Assembly: GCF_001597745.1 (NCBI RefSeq)
Contig: NZ_LUHJ01000050.1
Coordinates: 136,697-160,696 of the forward strand
Reading direction: 5' to 3'
Length of the DNA: 24,000 bases
Origin: Anabaena sp. 4-3
GTDB lineage: Bacteria; Cyanobacteriota; Cyanobacteriia; Cyanobacteriales; Nostocaceae
Below, piece by piece: positions 1 to 9,539 of the stretch; the first letter of the stretch is position 1, and every line of letters begins with the position of its first letter. Made by a program: the position numbers and the translations under genes. The notes under the pieces are model-generated. The model made no database searches, had not been told where the DNA came from, and saw only the letters and a program-made list of their open reading frames with translations.

Positions 1-54
1 ATTTTAGGAACAGGAACATTCATTGGTGCAGGAGAAGCTTTAGAAAATCTCAAC

Positions 55-1953
55 ATGATTCGCTATCTCCTACACTACTTAATTGTGCCACTGTTCATTG
101 TGATTGGTGTGGAACTGGCTCATCGTGCGGGAGCAGCTTGGGCGACTACATTAGTCAGAGTTTTATCCTGGGGAATTGCATTCGGACTGGCTGGGATAGA
201 TATTACCAAAAATTACCTAGGGATGGAGTTGAAACCAGAATTTTTTGCAGGAATGTTGCGTTATGTTCCTGAAAACCTCACTGCTCCACCAATTATTACC
301 ATTGTAGTTAATTTGTTCATGCTACTGATTGGTATCGGCATCTGGGTAAGACTGAAATGGCCATTGTTATTTATAGGTACATTTATCGGGCTAATTGGTA
401 ATGCTCTTCCTGCATCAACATTCGGTACACTTCCGGCTAGTGGTTCTGAATCTGTTATGGCTTTCAGTTTGTTATTAACAGAGCAGACAATACAGTTTTT
501 CCGCAACGTACCTGCTGAAAAGCAAAGACACAAAGAAACATTGATGGTAGATGTTGCAAATCGAGAAGCTTTGGAATGGGAGCATACTATCCACAAAAAT
601 GGCTACACAATATATCAGTCAGGAAGTCATATTCAAGGTAATTTTATCCAAGTCTATGTTCCTGATGCTCCTTACCGTGATCAGCAAGGCAAACTGAGGT
701 TAATTACTTACTTGCACGGCTTTGCTTTGTGTATGCCAAAATTCTATGAAGACCATTTGGAAGAATTGGCTAAACAAGGCTACTATGTAATTTTTCCAGA
801 CTTTCAAAAAAGTACCTATCCAGACGACCCAGAAGCCATAACAGCCTCCGTAGAAAATCAAGCACAAAATCAATTATCCTGGGGTAAAGTTCTGCAAGGT
901 GTGATTGCCAAAGGCAAGAACTTTAAGCTAGGAGATACTTTGAATCAAGAGCAGAATCGGCGGCGGAAACTGGGAATGGTGGCTCGCAAATTAATTAAAC
1001 CGACTTTCTTAAAGTATCTTCGCGTTTCCTTAGCCTTAGTCGTGTTCATCCTGGTGATTAAATTATTTTTCTCATGGTTTAATCGTCGCTATGGACAGAA
1101 TTTAATCAAACTCATTTCTACTGTTGGCTTAAGTCTGTTGCATAGCCCGATAGAATGGATTGACCAAGCAATAGACATTACTGATATAACTTGGAAAAAG
1201 TTATCTGATCATCATCCCAATATCGCCCAATCAGACTTTGATTTTTATGTATTTGGTCATTCTTTGGGAGGATTATTAGCACTGAGTTGGCCTCTTTATC
1301 TTGAGCCAAGTCAACAAAAGTTTTTACCAAAACAAATTATTACTGCCGATCCAGCCCCAAGTACGGAGATGGGCATTCCGCAGATAGCCCTGTGGATTTT
1401 AAAACTGTTCAATTCTCCGTTTGCAGAACAACCAATCAACATTCGTACAATCGGCAGTAAGTTAACACTACCCATAGGCATTTTACATGGAGCAGATGAT
1501 AGAATTGTCAAACCAGAATCTTGGGTAAAACCAGGATTTTGGCAACAAAAATCCAATTTTGACTGCATCGCTAGTCAAGAGAAGAAAATCTACTTTTCTC
1601 TTTCCAACAAAGACAAAAAGTATTACCCTCCCTTAATTGCTTTTCATAACCAGGCTGTAACCGATACCACCTATTATGATGATGCGTTGTTTGAAAATTT
1701 TGGTGGTGTCAAGACAGAGCCAAATCCTTATAATTTGCAATATATTTGGCTGGGTGTTGATCGAGTAGTGACAAACAAAGCCAATGTTAACCAGTTACTC
1801 GATCAATTTAATCTGCCTGGAAGTCCGATTATGATTACAGATACTTTGCCAGAGAAACCAATTAATTGGAAATTGATAGCGATCGCTATCTTAACTCTGC
1901 TAAGTTTTTTGGGTTTAGGATACTGGTTTTGGCACGGATATACAGCTTTGTAA
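55..1953 (+). CDS. membrane-anchored alpha/beta-hydrolase fold protein
   Basis: 632-aa ORF. It has a very hydrophobic N-terminal ~150 aa, an internal hydrophobic stretch (LRVSLALVVFILVIKLFF) and a C-terminal hydrophobic helix. The nucleophile elbow GHSLGG, then LHGADDRIV and AFHNQA, give the Ser/Asp/His order typical of the fold. The frame is open from base 1, so the true start may lie upstream of the window. Confidence 0.6.
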   Translation: MIRYLLHYLIVPLFIVIGVELAHRAGAAWATTLVRVLSWGIAFGLAGIDITKNYLGMELKPEFFAGMLRYVPENLTAPPIITIVVNLFMLLIGIGIWVRLKWPLLFIGTFIGLIGNALPASTFGTLPASGSESVMAFSLLLTEQTIQFFRNVPAEKQRHKETLMVDVANREALEWEHTIHKNGYTIYQSGSHIQGNFIQVYVPDAPYRDQQGKLRLITYLHGFALCMPKFYEDHLEELAKQGYYVIFPDFQKSTYPDDPEAITASVENQAQNQLSWGKVLQGVIAKGKNFKLGDTLNQEQNRRRKLGMVARKLIKPTFLKYLRVSLALVVFILVIKLFFSWFNRRYGQNLIKLISTVGLSLLHSPIEWIDQAIDITDITWKKLSDHHPNIAQSDFDFYVFGHSLGGLLALSWPLYLEPSQQKFLPKQIITADPAPSTEMGIPQIALWILKLFNSPFAEQPINIRTIGSKLTLPIGILHGADDRIVKPESWVKPGFWQQKSNFDCIASQEKKIYFSLSNKDKKYYPPLIAFHNQAVTDTTYYDDALFENFGGVKTEPNPYNLQYIWLGVDRVVTNKANVNQLLDQFNLPGSPIMITDTLPEKPINWKLIAIAILTLLSFLGLGYWFWHGYTAL

Positions 1954-2047
1954 TACCAATTTTCTCAACTCCAAAAATTCAGATATTGAGGCCAGCCTAT
2001 TACAATGGGTATGAAAGGCATCAAATCAACTTTTCTTACCTAAAATG

Positions 2048-2079
2048 AATCAGGATGAACTATAGATTTCATCCTGATT
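2048..2079. terminator. bidirectional stem-loop between the convergent hydrolase gene and fdxH
   Basis: Perfect 12-bp inverted repeat AATCAGGATGAA / TTCATCCTGATT with an 8-nt loop, lying between two convergent stop codons. Confidence 0.5.
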
Positions 2080-2127
2080 TCAGCTAGGCTTTCAAAAGCT
2101 GTAAATAGTAACGATTACCGCAATTGA

Positions 2128-2427
2128 TTAAACGAGATATGGTTCTTGATGGGTTTTGATTGTGCAGTTAGAACGGGGGTAGGTAACGCACAATAGAGCG
2201 AATCCTTGAGCCACCTGTTCATCATCTAAGAACTTTTGCTCAGATTGATCAACTTCACCTTCAACAACTTTGCCTACACAGCTAGAGCAAGAACCAGAAT
2301 AACAAGATACAGGTAATTCAATACCGTTATCTGCTGCTCCGTCAACAATTGTAGTGTTTTCATCAACTTCAATTGTCGTATCGAGGTTTTCTTTCTTGTT
2401 GATCAATCTAACTTGATAGGTAGCCAT
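2128..2427 (-). CDS. fdxH: heterocyst-type plant-like [2Fe-2S] ferredoxin FdxH
   Basis: 99 aa. The sequence [12 protein letters not shown]...[22 protein letters not shown]...[22 protein letters not shown] matches the remembered Anabaena FdxH almost throughout. It has the Cys-X4-Cys-X2-Cys...Cys ligand pattern and a GAGGAG Shine-Dalgarno before the ATG. It sits at the end of the hesAB-fdxH group. Confidence 0.92.
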   Translation of the reverse strand: MATYQVRLINKKENLDTTIEVDENTTIVDGAADNGIELPVSCYSGSCSSCVGKVVEGEVDQSEQKFLDDEQVAQGFALLCVTYPRSNCTIKTHQEPYLV

Positions 2428-2616
2428 TTTCCGATTCTCCTCAAGATTTATCAGACGGAACTAATTTCTCGAAGTTTTTAAATCTCCCTTGACTCTTCGA
2501 GAAGGGGCGCAAAGAGAGACACTGCTTTTGTTGCGAAAAAATCAGCAAGTGTCTGTTTTGTCTAAGGGAAACTTTTCAGATCAGACTGAATGTTCAGGGT
2601 TAAGTCTGAAATGGGA

Positions 2617-2991
2617 TTAACTGCAAGGTACGCCTTGAGGGGAACAATCACCAGCTTTGAAGGACTTACCACAACCGCAGGTACTGGTTGCTTTAGGGTT
2701 AGTGAACTTAAAGCCACTTTCAACCATCCCTTCTACAAAATCGATGATCAGTCCTTCTAATAAAGGCGCACTTTTGGCATCAACGTAAACCAAAACTTTA
2801 CCTTGTTCGATGACTAGATCATCTGGTTGAGGTTTGCTAGTGATTTCCATTCCATATTCATAACCACTGCAACCACCGTCGTTGACGGAGATGCGGACAC
2901 CTTTAGTAGTTTTTTCATCAGTGTCACTAGCTGAACCTCGCAACAATCCCCGCAGACGAAATTCTGCTTTTTCTGTTAAAGTAACGGTCAT
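2617..2991 (-). CDS. hesB: HesB/IscA-type iron-sulfur cluster assembly protein
   Basis: IscA/HesB signature: ...VNDGGCSGYEY... and the C-terminal CGCGKSF motif. I place the start at the ATG at 2991 (MTVTLTEKAEF...), which is preceded by GGAG. The longer ORF to 3087 adds a 32-aa non-conserved leader. Confidence 0.85.
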   Translation of the reverse strand: MTVTLTEKAEFRLRGLLRGSASDTDEKTTKGVRISVNDGGCSGYEYGMEITSKPQPDDLVIEQGKVLVYVDAKSAPLLEGLIIDFVEGMVESGFKFTNPKATSTCGCGKSFKAGDCSPQGVPCS

Positions 2992-3094
2992 TAAAACTCC
3001 TGATTTGTCGCGATTAGTTTTTGTGATTCTAGGTGTGGGTGTGTTTGTAGAGATGTTAAAAGCAGGTGTAGCGATCGCCTGACCCATTCAACCA

Positions 3095-3898
3095 TCAACT
3101 GTGTGTACAATTGCTACTAGCTTCCATCGCATTGGATTGTGCGTATCTCCAAGGCGCATTGTTACCACATACCGGACAAGAGCGATCGCGTTGAGAACGC
3201 CGCTTGGCAAATTCCATCCGATTTAAGTCAATCGTCAGCAATTGCGACAATAACGGTTGACTAAACCCAGTAATCAGCTTGATTGCTTCCAGTGCTGTCA
3301 AACAAGCCAGTGTACCAGACACCGCACCCAGCACAGAAAAACCACGCCGATCCCACTCAGGTTTCTCAGGAAAGAAACAGGACAAACACGGAGTCACACC
3401 CGGTATAATCGTAGTCAGGTAAGCCTCCATCCCACTCATCGCTGCTTCCACCATCGGCTTACGCCAGCGTACACAAGCTGTATTCAACAAATCACGTTCT
3501 GTAAAATTGTGAGCGCAATCCAGAGCCATATCAGCAGACTGCACTAACGCATCTACATTTTCCGGTGTGATATAGTCATGAACCGCTTCTATCTGGATGT
3601 CAGGATTAATCGCCTGTAGAGTTTCTTTCGCTTTGAAAACCCTTGGTTTTCCTACCCAATCATCCGTCATCAGAATCTGACGATTCATGTCATCTAGCCG
3701 CAGATCACCGCCTCGGACTAGGATGAGCCGCCCAACGCCCGCTACTGCTAGGTAAAGCGCAGCTGTACCGCCTAATCCCCCCACACCAGTCACTAAAACT
3801 GTCGCCGACTTCAGACGCTTTTGAGCTACTTCGCCAAAATTAGGGAGCATCATCTGGCGACTATATCGTTCTAACTCGGTAGGCGTTAGGTTGATCAC
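3095..3898 (-). CDS. hesA: HesA, ThiF/MoeB-family adenylyltransferase-like protein
   Basis: 267 aa. It has the RYSRQ motif, a GxGGLGG Rossmann nucleotide-binding loop (VTGVGGLGG) and paired CxxC motifs (CLSC, CPVC). The GTG start has a strong AGGAGG 7 nt upstream. Position between nifW and hesB is canonical. Confidence 0.9.
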   Translation of the reverse strand: MINLTPTELERYSRQMMLPNFGEVAQKRLKSATVLVTGVGGLGGTAALYLAVAGVGRLILVRGGDLRLDDMNRQILMTDDWVGKPRVFKAKETLQAINPDIQIEAVHDYITPENVDALVQSADMALDCAHNFTERDLLNTACVRWRKPMVEAAMSGMEAYLTTIIPGVTPCLSCFFPEKPEWDRRGFSVLGAVSGTLACLTALEAIKLITGFSQPLLSQLLTIDLNRMEFAKRRSQRDRSCPVCGNNAPWRYAQSNAMEASSNCTHS

Positions 3899-3908
3899 TT
3901 TATACCTC

Positions 3909-4223
3909 CTAATCAGAAGAAAGTTCTGTCAGCGTAATTACATTTTTTGGTTTGTCTTTAAATACCTTGAACAACTTTTGTTCTTGAGGTGTTGATTCCA
4001 AAAATGTCTGATAAGCTTTCTGCAATGCCAAACAATATTGATTTAATCTTTCTTCTGTACTGAGGTCTGGATTGCTATCAATTTCACTGATAAGTTGAGA
4101 GAATTTTTTTAGAATATGTAAACGATTTACATGAACAATTTTGGGGTCGTATTCCAATTCAAAGAATTTGAGAAATTCTTCGGCATCGGCAAGTTTTTTG
4201 AATTCTTCAATAGTTTTAGTCAT
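3909..4223 (-). CDS. nifW: nitrogenase-stabilizing/protective protein NifW
   Basis: 104 aa. The N-terminus ...AEEFLKFFELEYDPKIVHVNRLHILKKF... is the conserved NifW core. Its ATG overlaps the stop of the upstream small orf (ATGA). Confidence 0.9.
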   Translation of the reverse strand: MTKTIEEFKKLADAEEFLKFFELEYDPKIVHVNRLHILKKFSQLISEIDSNPDLSTEERLNQYCLALQKAYQTFLESTPQEQKLFKVFKDKPKNVITLTELSSD

Positions 4224-4435
4224 TTACCTTTCTCCAATTGCTTAAGATGTTGCTTCAGTTCATCAAGCTGGCGATATATTTCATAAGTTGCGGCTGCAAC
4301 TTCCATTAATTGTGTGTAATTTGTGGGTAAGCCTTCTGCTAAGTCGTGCAGATCCATTTTCATCTGCCCGGCTTTACTGTTGAGGCGTTTGATTTTGTTT
4401 TTGAGTTCTTCAATGCTGGTTTCTTCTACTTGCAT
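4220..4435 (-). CDS. small helical nif-cluster protein (Rop-like / CCE_0567-type family)
   Basis: Helical heptad-rich sequence (EELKNKIKRLNSKAGQMKMDLHDLAEGLP...YEIYRQLDELKQHLKQLE), found between the DUF269 orf and nifW as in other cyanobacterial nif clusters. The listed ORF start at 4492 is a TTG, so I prefer the ATG at 4435 (71 aa). Confidence 0.6.
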   Translation of the reverse strand: MQVEETSIEELKNKIKRLNSKAGQMKMDLHDLAEGLPTNYTQLMEVAAATYEIYRQLDELKQHLKQLEKGK

Positions 4436-4512
4436 TGTTGGGTTTTGTTTTGAGTTAGGGGGTTTCTTGCATAAAGACTTTGGCGTTGCCAAGAATATTA
4501 TTTAAATCTCAC

Positions 4513-4536
4513 GCAGAGGCGCAGAGGCGCAGAGGA
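4513..4536. repeat. tandem octamer GCAGAGGC x3
   Basis: GCAGAGGC GCAGAGGC GCAGAGGA, preceded by TCTCAC. A related CTCACGCAGAG...GCAGAGGCGCAGAG unit with an internal insert occurs at 23434..23512. Confidence 0.7.
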
Positions 4537-4611
4537 GAGCGCGAAGGTATCTATTCTTGTGGTTCGGTATTTATGCAAGAGGTTCGATGAACAAGGATGA
4601 AAATATTTATT

Positions 4612-4630
4612 CCCTACTCCCTACTCCCTA
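4612..4630. repeat. STRR-like tandem heptamer CCCTACT x2.7
   Basis: CCCTACT CCCTACT CCCTA in the intergenic region between the Rop-like orf and the DUF269 orf. Confidence 0.7.
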
Positions 4631-4633
4631 TTT

Positions 4634-5110
4634 TTACAGTTTGCTGACTTCGCGGAAGCGGTTGGCTAGGTCTAGTCCTTTGGTGACAAATTTCTCGCCT
4701 TCTTCGGCTAGTTGCTCTAGGGATTCAAAACCAAAGCGGTGTGCGTCGCGTAAGGTTTTGACGGTGAGTAATAGGCGACCGGAAAAGACTAAGGCCCAGC
4801 CAAAGCCTTCATGACTTAAATCAATTACTACTTGGGAAATTAGTCCGGTTTCTTGTTCGATTCTGGCAGCTATGGCGCGGAAAAATGACATGATTCGCGC
4901 TTGGGTGACAGGATCAACTTCACCTTCTATGGGAATTTCCCTTTTCTTTTTTTTGGGAACTATGAAGGGTTTTAGAAGTAGTTCGTCAGACCAACTGCGG
5001 AAAACTCCGTAAGTGTCTTGTCCGCGAATTTGTAATACTAAGGCTTTGAGAAATGGGGAGTTGGCAACTACATCTGTGGCGGTGTCGTTGACGCTATTTT
5101 CTGCGCTCAT
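4634..5110 (-). CDS. NifX-associated nitrogen fixation protein (DUF269 family; orf2 of Anabaena)
   Basis: 158 aa. FLKALVLQIR...HEGFGWALVFSGRLLLTVKTLRDAHRFGFESLEQLAEEGEK is the conserved DUF269 core. Its ATG overlaps the nifX stop. Confidence 0.85.
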   Translation of the reverse strand: MSAENSVNDTATDVVANSPFLKALVLQIRGQDTYGVFRSWSDELLLKPFIVPKKKKREIPIEGEVDPVTQARIMSFFRAIAARIEQETGLISQVVIDLSHEGFGWALVFSGRLLLTVKTLRDAHRFGFESLEQLAEEGEKFVTKGLDLANRFREVSKL

Positions 5111-5526
5111 ACTGTTGCTTCGTCTTCTAATTCATCAAGAAAGTTTTTGGTTTTGGGTTGCAATGCTTTCCGCAACCAAGGGGGAGGATTGCCTTTGAGG
5201 GTTTGAACTAATTTATTGAGGATTTCTTTAATTTCTTCTTGTTCGGAACGTGCTTTAACTGGGGTAACGCCTTTTTTGATTAATTTAGCGGCAGCAGTTC
5301 CACCAATTGCTGTGACATAAACTATGGCGCAGTCAACTAATGCGTCTAGTTTTGGTGCAACTTTATCTTCGTTGCCGTCTTGTTTTAAGTCACCTTCAAA
5401 GTTTAATGTTTCTAAAAATTGATATCCTTCTGCGTCGATTTCGTAGACATCAATTTCTCTCGCCCAGCCAAAGTGAGCATTAATATGAACGTGGTCGGTA
5501 GTTGTAAAGGCAATTTTCACTTTCAT
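5107..5526 (-). CDS. nifX: nitrogen fixation protein NifX
   Basis: NifX/NifB-C-terminal-like fold: MKVKIAFTTTDHVHINAHFGWAREIDVYEI.... I prefer the ATG at 5526, preceded by AGGAGA, over the ATG at 5574, which adds 16 non-conserved residues. Confidence 0.85.
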   Translation of the reverse strand: MKVKIAFTTTDHVHINAHFGWAREIDVYEIDAEGYQFLETLNFEGDLKQDGNEDKVAPKLDALVDCAIVYVTAIGGTAAAKLIKKGVTPVKARSEQEEIKEILNKLVQTLKGNPPPWLRKALQPKTKNFLDELEDEATV

Positions 5527-5613
5527 TCTCCTGCTTTTTTGGTCGTTGGGGATGGGGCATAGGGAATTGGGCATTGGTAATTTCTCCTCAATTCCCTAAT
5601 TTTGAATTTTGAA

Positions 5614-6939
5614 TTAATTTGACACCAGCCCCCATAGATGTTTCATTCGTTCTTCTTCTGCTTCGAGAAATAAGTTACCGATGCCAAATAAGACTTCCAT
5701 TGAGCCGCGATAACCTACTTTTGTGAATAGACCATTACCTAATCGGTCATAGATAGGTATACCGAGGCGATAGAGAGGGATGGATAGACGTTTGGCGATC
5801 GCAGCTACGTTAGAATTACCAATCAGCAGGTCAGATCCAACTGCCAATTCTTCAAAGTCTTCTAAATCACCAATGGTAACGCTCTTGATGGGGAGTTTTT
5901 CTAAGAGGGGTGAGCGTGTGGTGGTGACGGCTGCATGAATTTGTGTCCCCATCGATTGCAGAAACCGCACTGTTGACCAGAGTAAATCCGGTTCTAATGC
6001 TAATGATACTCGCTTGGCACTAAAGTAAAAGTGCGTGTCTAACATTGCATCTTGCAGTTGACGGCGTTGACGGCGATACTTTTCGGGTACGGGGCGACTG
6101 CTCAGTATGGCTAGTGCTTGTAAAAACTCGTCTACTGGTTCTAGTCCCGTGAGTTCACTGAATACTTCGTAGGGAATGTTAAACCGTTCTTCGAGTATTT
6201 TGGCTGCACCCCGCATACTTTCACCCAAGGCGATAGTAAAGGCGGAACTACCAATTTCTTGAAGTTGTCTGATGGTTGTACCACTGGCTGTCACCGCACT
6301 GTAACCATCTTCTAGATGTCCATCGAGTGATGCGCCGATGTCAGGGACAAAGATGGGAATTAATCCAAAAGCGGTGACAATCTCTTTAATTTCTTGCAAA
6401 TCCCCTGGTGTGAAGGCAGAACCAGCCAGAATTGTGACTTGTTCGCTTCTGATTGCCCCTGCTTTGGGGATTTCTTTGACTATGCTTTCGACAGCTGCGG
6501 CAAAACCATCTTGCAACGCCCCTTTAAAGTCAGGTGTGGGTGCAAAAATAACTGGGATGTGAGCGATTTCTGGATGGCGATCGCGGATATCCTTCAAAAA
6601 TTTCACAATATCATCGCCTCTAGTTTCTGTGAGTCCAGTGCTACACAAACCAATAACTTCAGGATTGGACTTCTCTACTAAGGTTAGTATCGCCTGTTCG
6701 ATGTTTTCTTCTCCACCCAAAATCGTAGTTACTTCCGTCATCGCTGTGGTAGCTAGGGGAATTGCTTCCCGAAAATGACGGACTAACACCACTTTGGCAA
6801 AGGCTGTACAACCTTGCGAACCGTGAAACAGAGGAATCATCCCCTTCAATCCCAAAAAAGCCAGAGATGCACCCAAAGCTTGACTTTGCTTTAGAGGATT
6901 CACTGCAACTGATTTTTCGGGAACAGTAACAACCGCCAT
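5614..6939 (-). CDS. nifN: nitrogenase FeMo-cofactor biosynthesis scaffold subunit NifN
   Basis: Conserved NifN start MAVVTV...NPLKQSQALGASLAFLGLKGMIPLFHGSQGCTAFAKV. The ATG at 6939 overlaps the nifE stop (TGATG) and is preceded by GAGGAG. The listed 478-aa ORF begins inside nifE and is an over-extension. Confidence 0.92.
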   Translation of the reverse strand: MAVVTVPEKSVAVNPLKQSQALGASLAFLGLKGMIPLFHGSQGCTAFAKVVLVRHFREAIPLATTAMTEVTTILGGEENIEQAILTLVEKSNPEVIGLCSTGLTETRGDDIVKFLKDIRDRHPEIAHIPVIFAPTPDFKGALQDGFAAAVESIVKEIPKAGAIRSEQVTILAGSAFTPGDLQEIKEIVTAFGLIPIFVPDIGASLDGHLEDGYSAVTASGTTIRQLQEIGSSAFTIALGESMRGAAKILEERFNIPYEVFSELTGLEPVDEFLQALAILSSRPVPEKYRRQRRQLQDAMLDTHFYFSAKRVSLALEPDLLWSTVRFLQSMGTQIHAAVTTTRSPLLEKLPIKSVTIGDLEDFEELAVGSDLLIGNSNVAAIAKRLSIPLYRLGIPIYDRLGNGLFTKVGYRGSMEVLFGIGNLFLEAEEERMKHLWGLVSN

Positions 6940-8378
6940 CAGATTAACTCCTCGATAGATGCCAAAGCGCGATTTTGATTTTTTGTATATTCGTGAGCCA
7001 GTGTCCCCATATCTTCGTCCCAAGGTGCGGGCTTTCGGACTTGTTCCCAAATCGGGCTGTAGAGGGCTTCGTACAATTCCCGCGCCATTTCCAACATTCC
7101 TACATAGCCGGCGTAGGGATGATGACGTTCTTGGTTGATATCGAGGAAAGGAATCCGGGCTTTTAGGGCGGTGTATTGGTTACGACCACCGGCAATTAAC
7201 ATATCAGCTTGTGTATCTTTGACCAATTGCAGCAATTCTTTGGCGTTGCCCTTTTCTAACATGATGCCTTCAGTACCCAGCAATTTCTTGATTTTTCCCT
7301 TATCTTCTTCCGTACTCTTGCGGGTACTGGTAGCAACTACTTCTATACCTAAGTCTTTCGCTGCGGAGATAATTGACCAACTCTTGACACCACCTGTGTA
7401 TAATACAACACGCTTACCTCTGAGGCGATCGCGATAGGGAGCGAGAGTCAAATCTAGAGCCGCCATTTCTGACGCTATCAACTCCTCTGTGCGTGCTTGT
7501 AAATCCGGGTCGCCCAATTGAGCCGCAATATTCCGCAGACACCGATTCATATCATCGATGCCATAAAAAGATTCTTCAATGTAGGGGATGCCGTATTTTT
7601 CCTCCATCTTTTTCGCCATATTGAGCAACGCCCGCGAACAAATCATGACGTTCAGCTTGGCGCGGTGAGCATAGCGGATTTCCTCAAATCGAGCATCGCC
7701 TGTAATTTTCGACAGGACACGAATACCCAATTTTTCTAGTAACGGCAGGACTCCCCACATTTCTCCGGCGATGTTATACTCGCCAATTAAGTTTATATCA
7801 TAGGGGGTGGTAAACTCCGGTTCTGCTGTCCCGACAACATAATCTAATAAAGCTTCACCGCCGAAACGGTTGCCTAAGTTCTTACTACCAATGAAGCCAG
7901 GAGCAAATACAGGGATAACTGGAGTATTAATTTTTGCTGCCGCCGCCTTGCACACAGCATTCATATCGTCACCAATCAAGGCTGTTACACAAGTAGCGTA
8001 GACAAATACCGCAGAGGGTTTGTAGCGTTTGTGAATTTCTAGAATTGCCTTATAGAGTTTCTTCTCACCACCGAAGATGACATCATTTTCTGACATATCG
8101 GTAGTGAAGCCCATTTTATAGAGTTGGGGGCCTGAAGAGAGACTACCACGACTACCCCAAGAATTACCAGCACAGGCGATCGGCCCGTGAACCAAATGAG
8201 CCGCATCGGCAATAGGTACTAAAGCAATCATCGCCCCGTCAAAAGCACAGCCACCTTGAGCCGCACCCGGTTGTGCTTGTTGTGTACAAGACTTATTCTT
8301 CTTTGCACCGTGTTTCTGTTGATTATGCTCGCATCCCGGCTGATTCAGCAGTTCGTTGATTTTGCCTTGGGTGTTCAT
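6939..8378 (-). CDS. nifE: nitrogenase FeMo-cofactor biosynthesis scaffold subunit NifE
   Basis: 479 aa. The sequence ...[38 protein letters not shown]...[18 protein letters not shown] is a NifD-like NifE signature. The gene is intact. Confidence 0.95.
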   Translation of the reverse strand: MNTQGKINELLNQPGCEHNQQKHGAKKNKSCTQQAQPGAAQGGCAFDGAMIALVPIADAAHLVHGPIACAGNSWGSRGSLSSGPQLYKMGFTTDMSENDVIFGGEKKLYKAILEIHKRYKPSAVFVYATCVTALIGDDMNAVCKAAAAKINTPVIPVFAPGFIGSKNLGNRFGGEALLDYVVGTAEPEFTTPYDINLIGEYNIAGEMWGVLPLLEKLGIRVLSKITGDARFEEIRYAHRAKLNVMICSRALLNMAKKMEEKYGIPYIEESFYGIDDMNRCLRNIAAQLGDPDLQARTEELIASEMAALDLTLAPYRDRLRGKRVVLYTGGVKSWSIISAAKDLGIEVVATSTRKSTEEDKGKIKKLLGTEGIMLEKGNAKELLQLVKDTQADMLIAGGRNQYTALKARIPFLDINQERHHPYAGYVGMLEMARELYEALYSPIWEQVRKPAPWDEDMGTLAHEYTKNQNRALASIEELI

Positions 8379-8399
8379 CGCAAAAATGGGTTTGAAACC

Positions 8400-8425
8400 C
8401 CGTCCTTTAGCGAAGCAAAGGACGG
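8400..8425 (-). other. stem-loop between the isrB stop and the nifE start (possible IS200/IS605-type subterminal hairpin or terminator)
   Basis: 9-bp perfect inverted repeat CCGTCCTTT / AAAGGACGG with an 8-nt loop, 14 nt downstream of the isrB stop codon. Confidence 0.35.
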
Positions 8426-8438
8426 CTTTACATATCTT

Positions 8439-9533
8439 CTAGGCAACAATTAACCCGTTGGAACGACGAATCAATTGCACTTTGCTAGAAGCAATCTGCC
8501 CTAACCGTTTCCAGTTAGCATCGCTGACAGATATCTGTTTTTCAGTGTCACCACTGACATAACCAATTCCCTTGGGCGAATGAACCAAATCACCCTTACG
8601 TAATCCGTGGCGAGTTGTAGAACCACCGTATTGACGACGTACCCCACCCTTTGCAGGAAGCATCAGGTGAAGTTGACGGCGAGATAATGGTGGTCTACGA
8701 ACACAAGTGAATACAGCAGGTGTAATCACAACATCGCCAAACCAATCAGCACCATCAATCTTTGTCGTGTGATACTGTCGGTACTCCACAAAAGCTGTTG
8801 CTGCAATAGCCACACCATCAACCGCATGAGTATTAAACTCAGGCTTGGATTTGTCTACCTTATTCTTGGTTAGCCCCAAGTGTTTGCGAATTGATGCAGT
8901 TTGATAGCCTTCAACTTTAACAACTGGTGCAAACTGTTCTAGCTGACTTAACATCCATTTTTGTCCGACCATTACAGGTGAAAAGTCTTTACCTGACTTT
9001 GCTTTTTTGCGTCCACTGGTGAGGTCTACATCAGCCCGAACATACTCGTAGCGTATTTCTGAGACTGGGTAAATTTTGCATAACTCAGAAACTATTCTCA
9101 GTTCCAATTGACGATTAGCCCGGATTGACGGCGCAAGTTTACCTTGACGGCAATTATCAAAACGTTTCTGGCGATGTGCGCGTTTTGAAAACACAACCTT
9201 GTGGTTAACTCTCCTACTCCGACGACTACGCCGCATTAATCGCCTTGCATCCATCCGGTTACGCACTGTCTGAAACGGCAAAATCAGATGTGCTGTATAA
9301 AGAGTCAACTTAGCTCCTTGAACACCAATTCCAGAGAACTTCTTGCCAGGGTCAATCCCAATGACAATATCTTGGGTTGCTCGTCCAGATGGCTCGCCAG
9401 TCAGTTGAACATAAAATTGTCCCCCGTCCGACCAGCGTTTTACTGCTTTACCCGATGCTATCCACTTCCTTGCTCGTGCAGGTGTTGTGGGCATCAGTGG
9501 TTGGTGGTTTTGATCTACTACAGGTACTCGCAT
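8439..9533 (-). CDS. isrB: IscB-family RNA-guided nuclease lacking the HNH domain (IsrB-like, OMEGA system effector)
   Basis: 364 aa. It has an N-terminal PLMP domain (VDQNHQPLMPTTPARARKWIASGKA), RuvC-I (VIGIDPGKKFSGIGV), an Arg-rich bridge helix (RRLMRRSRRSRRVNHK), RuvC-II (SEIRYEYV) and RuvC-III (NTHAVDGVAIA). The ~65 aa between RuvC-II and RuvC-III contain no Cys/His HNH motif. The size is the IsrB class (~350 aa), not IscB (>400 aa). Confidence 0.75.
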   Translation of the reverse strand: MRVPVVDQNHQPLMPTTPARARKWIASGKAVKRWSDGGQFYVQLTGEPSGRATQDIVIGIDPGKKFSGIGVQGAKLTLYTAHLILPFQTVRNRMDARRLMRRSRRSRRVNHKVVFSKRAHRQKRFDNCRQGKLAPSIRANRQLELRIVSELCKIYPVSEIRYEYVRADVDLTSGRKKAKSGKDFSPVMVGQKWMLSQLEQFAPVVKVEGYQTASIRKHLGLTKNKVDKSKPEFNTHAVDGVAIAATAFVEYRQYHTTKIDGADWFGDVVITPAVFTCVRRPPLSRRQLHLMLPAKGGVRRQYGGSTTRHGLRKGDLVHSPKGIGYVSGDTEKQISVSDANWKRLGQIASSKVQLIRRSNGLIVA

Positions 9534-9539
9534 TTTTTG

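Noticed and set aside
1866-2048. A 60-aa ORF overlapping the 3' end of the hydrolase gene and the intergenic region.
   Set aside because: It overlaps a well-supported gene out of frame and runs into the terminator hairpin. It has no supporting features.
4513-4536. The tandem GCAGAGGC octamers, and the heptamer repeats elsewhere, as a possible CRISPR array.
   Set aside because: The units are 7-8 bp with no spacers. This is the STRR/dispersed-repeat class typical of Nostocales, not CRISPR.
5614-7050. Long versions of several ORFs in the track: nifN from 7050, nifX from 5574, hesB from 3087, the Rop-like orf from 4492 and the hypothetical from 17478.
   Set aside because: The N-terminal extensions are non-conserved, overlap the preceding gene (nifN) or begin at TTG/GTG. 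Internal ATGs with good Shine-Dalgarno sequences coincide with the conserved protein N-termini.
8439-9533. Alternative identities for the 364-aa protein: TnpB/Cas12-like, Cas9 fragment, or group II intron maturase.
   Set aside because: The PLMP N-terminal motif plus the split RuvC order with an Arg-rich helix after RuvC-I is the IscB-family layout. TnpB has a different order and a zinc-finger. There are no reverse-transcriptase motifs and no CRISPR array anywhere in the window.
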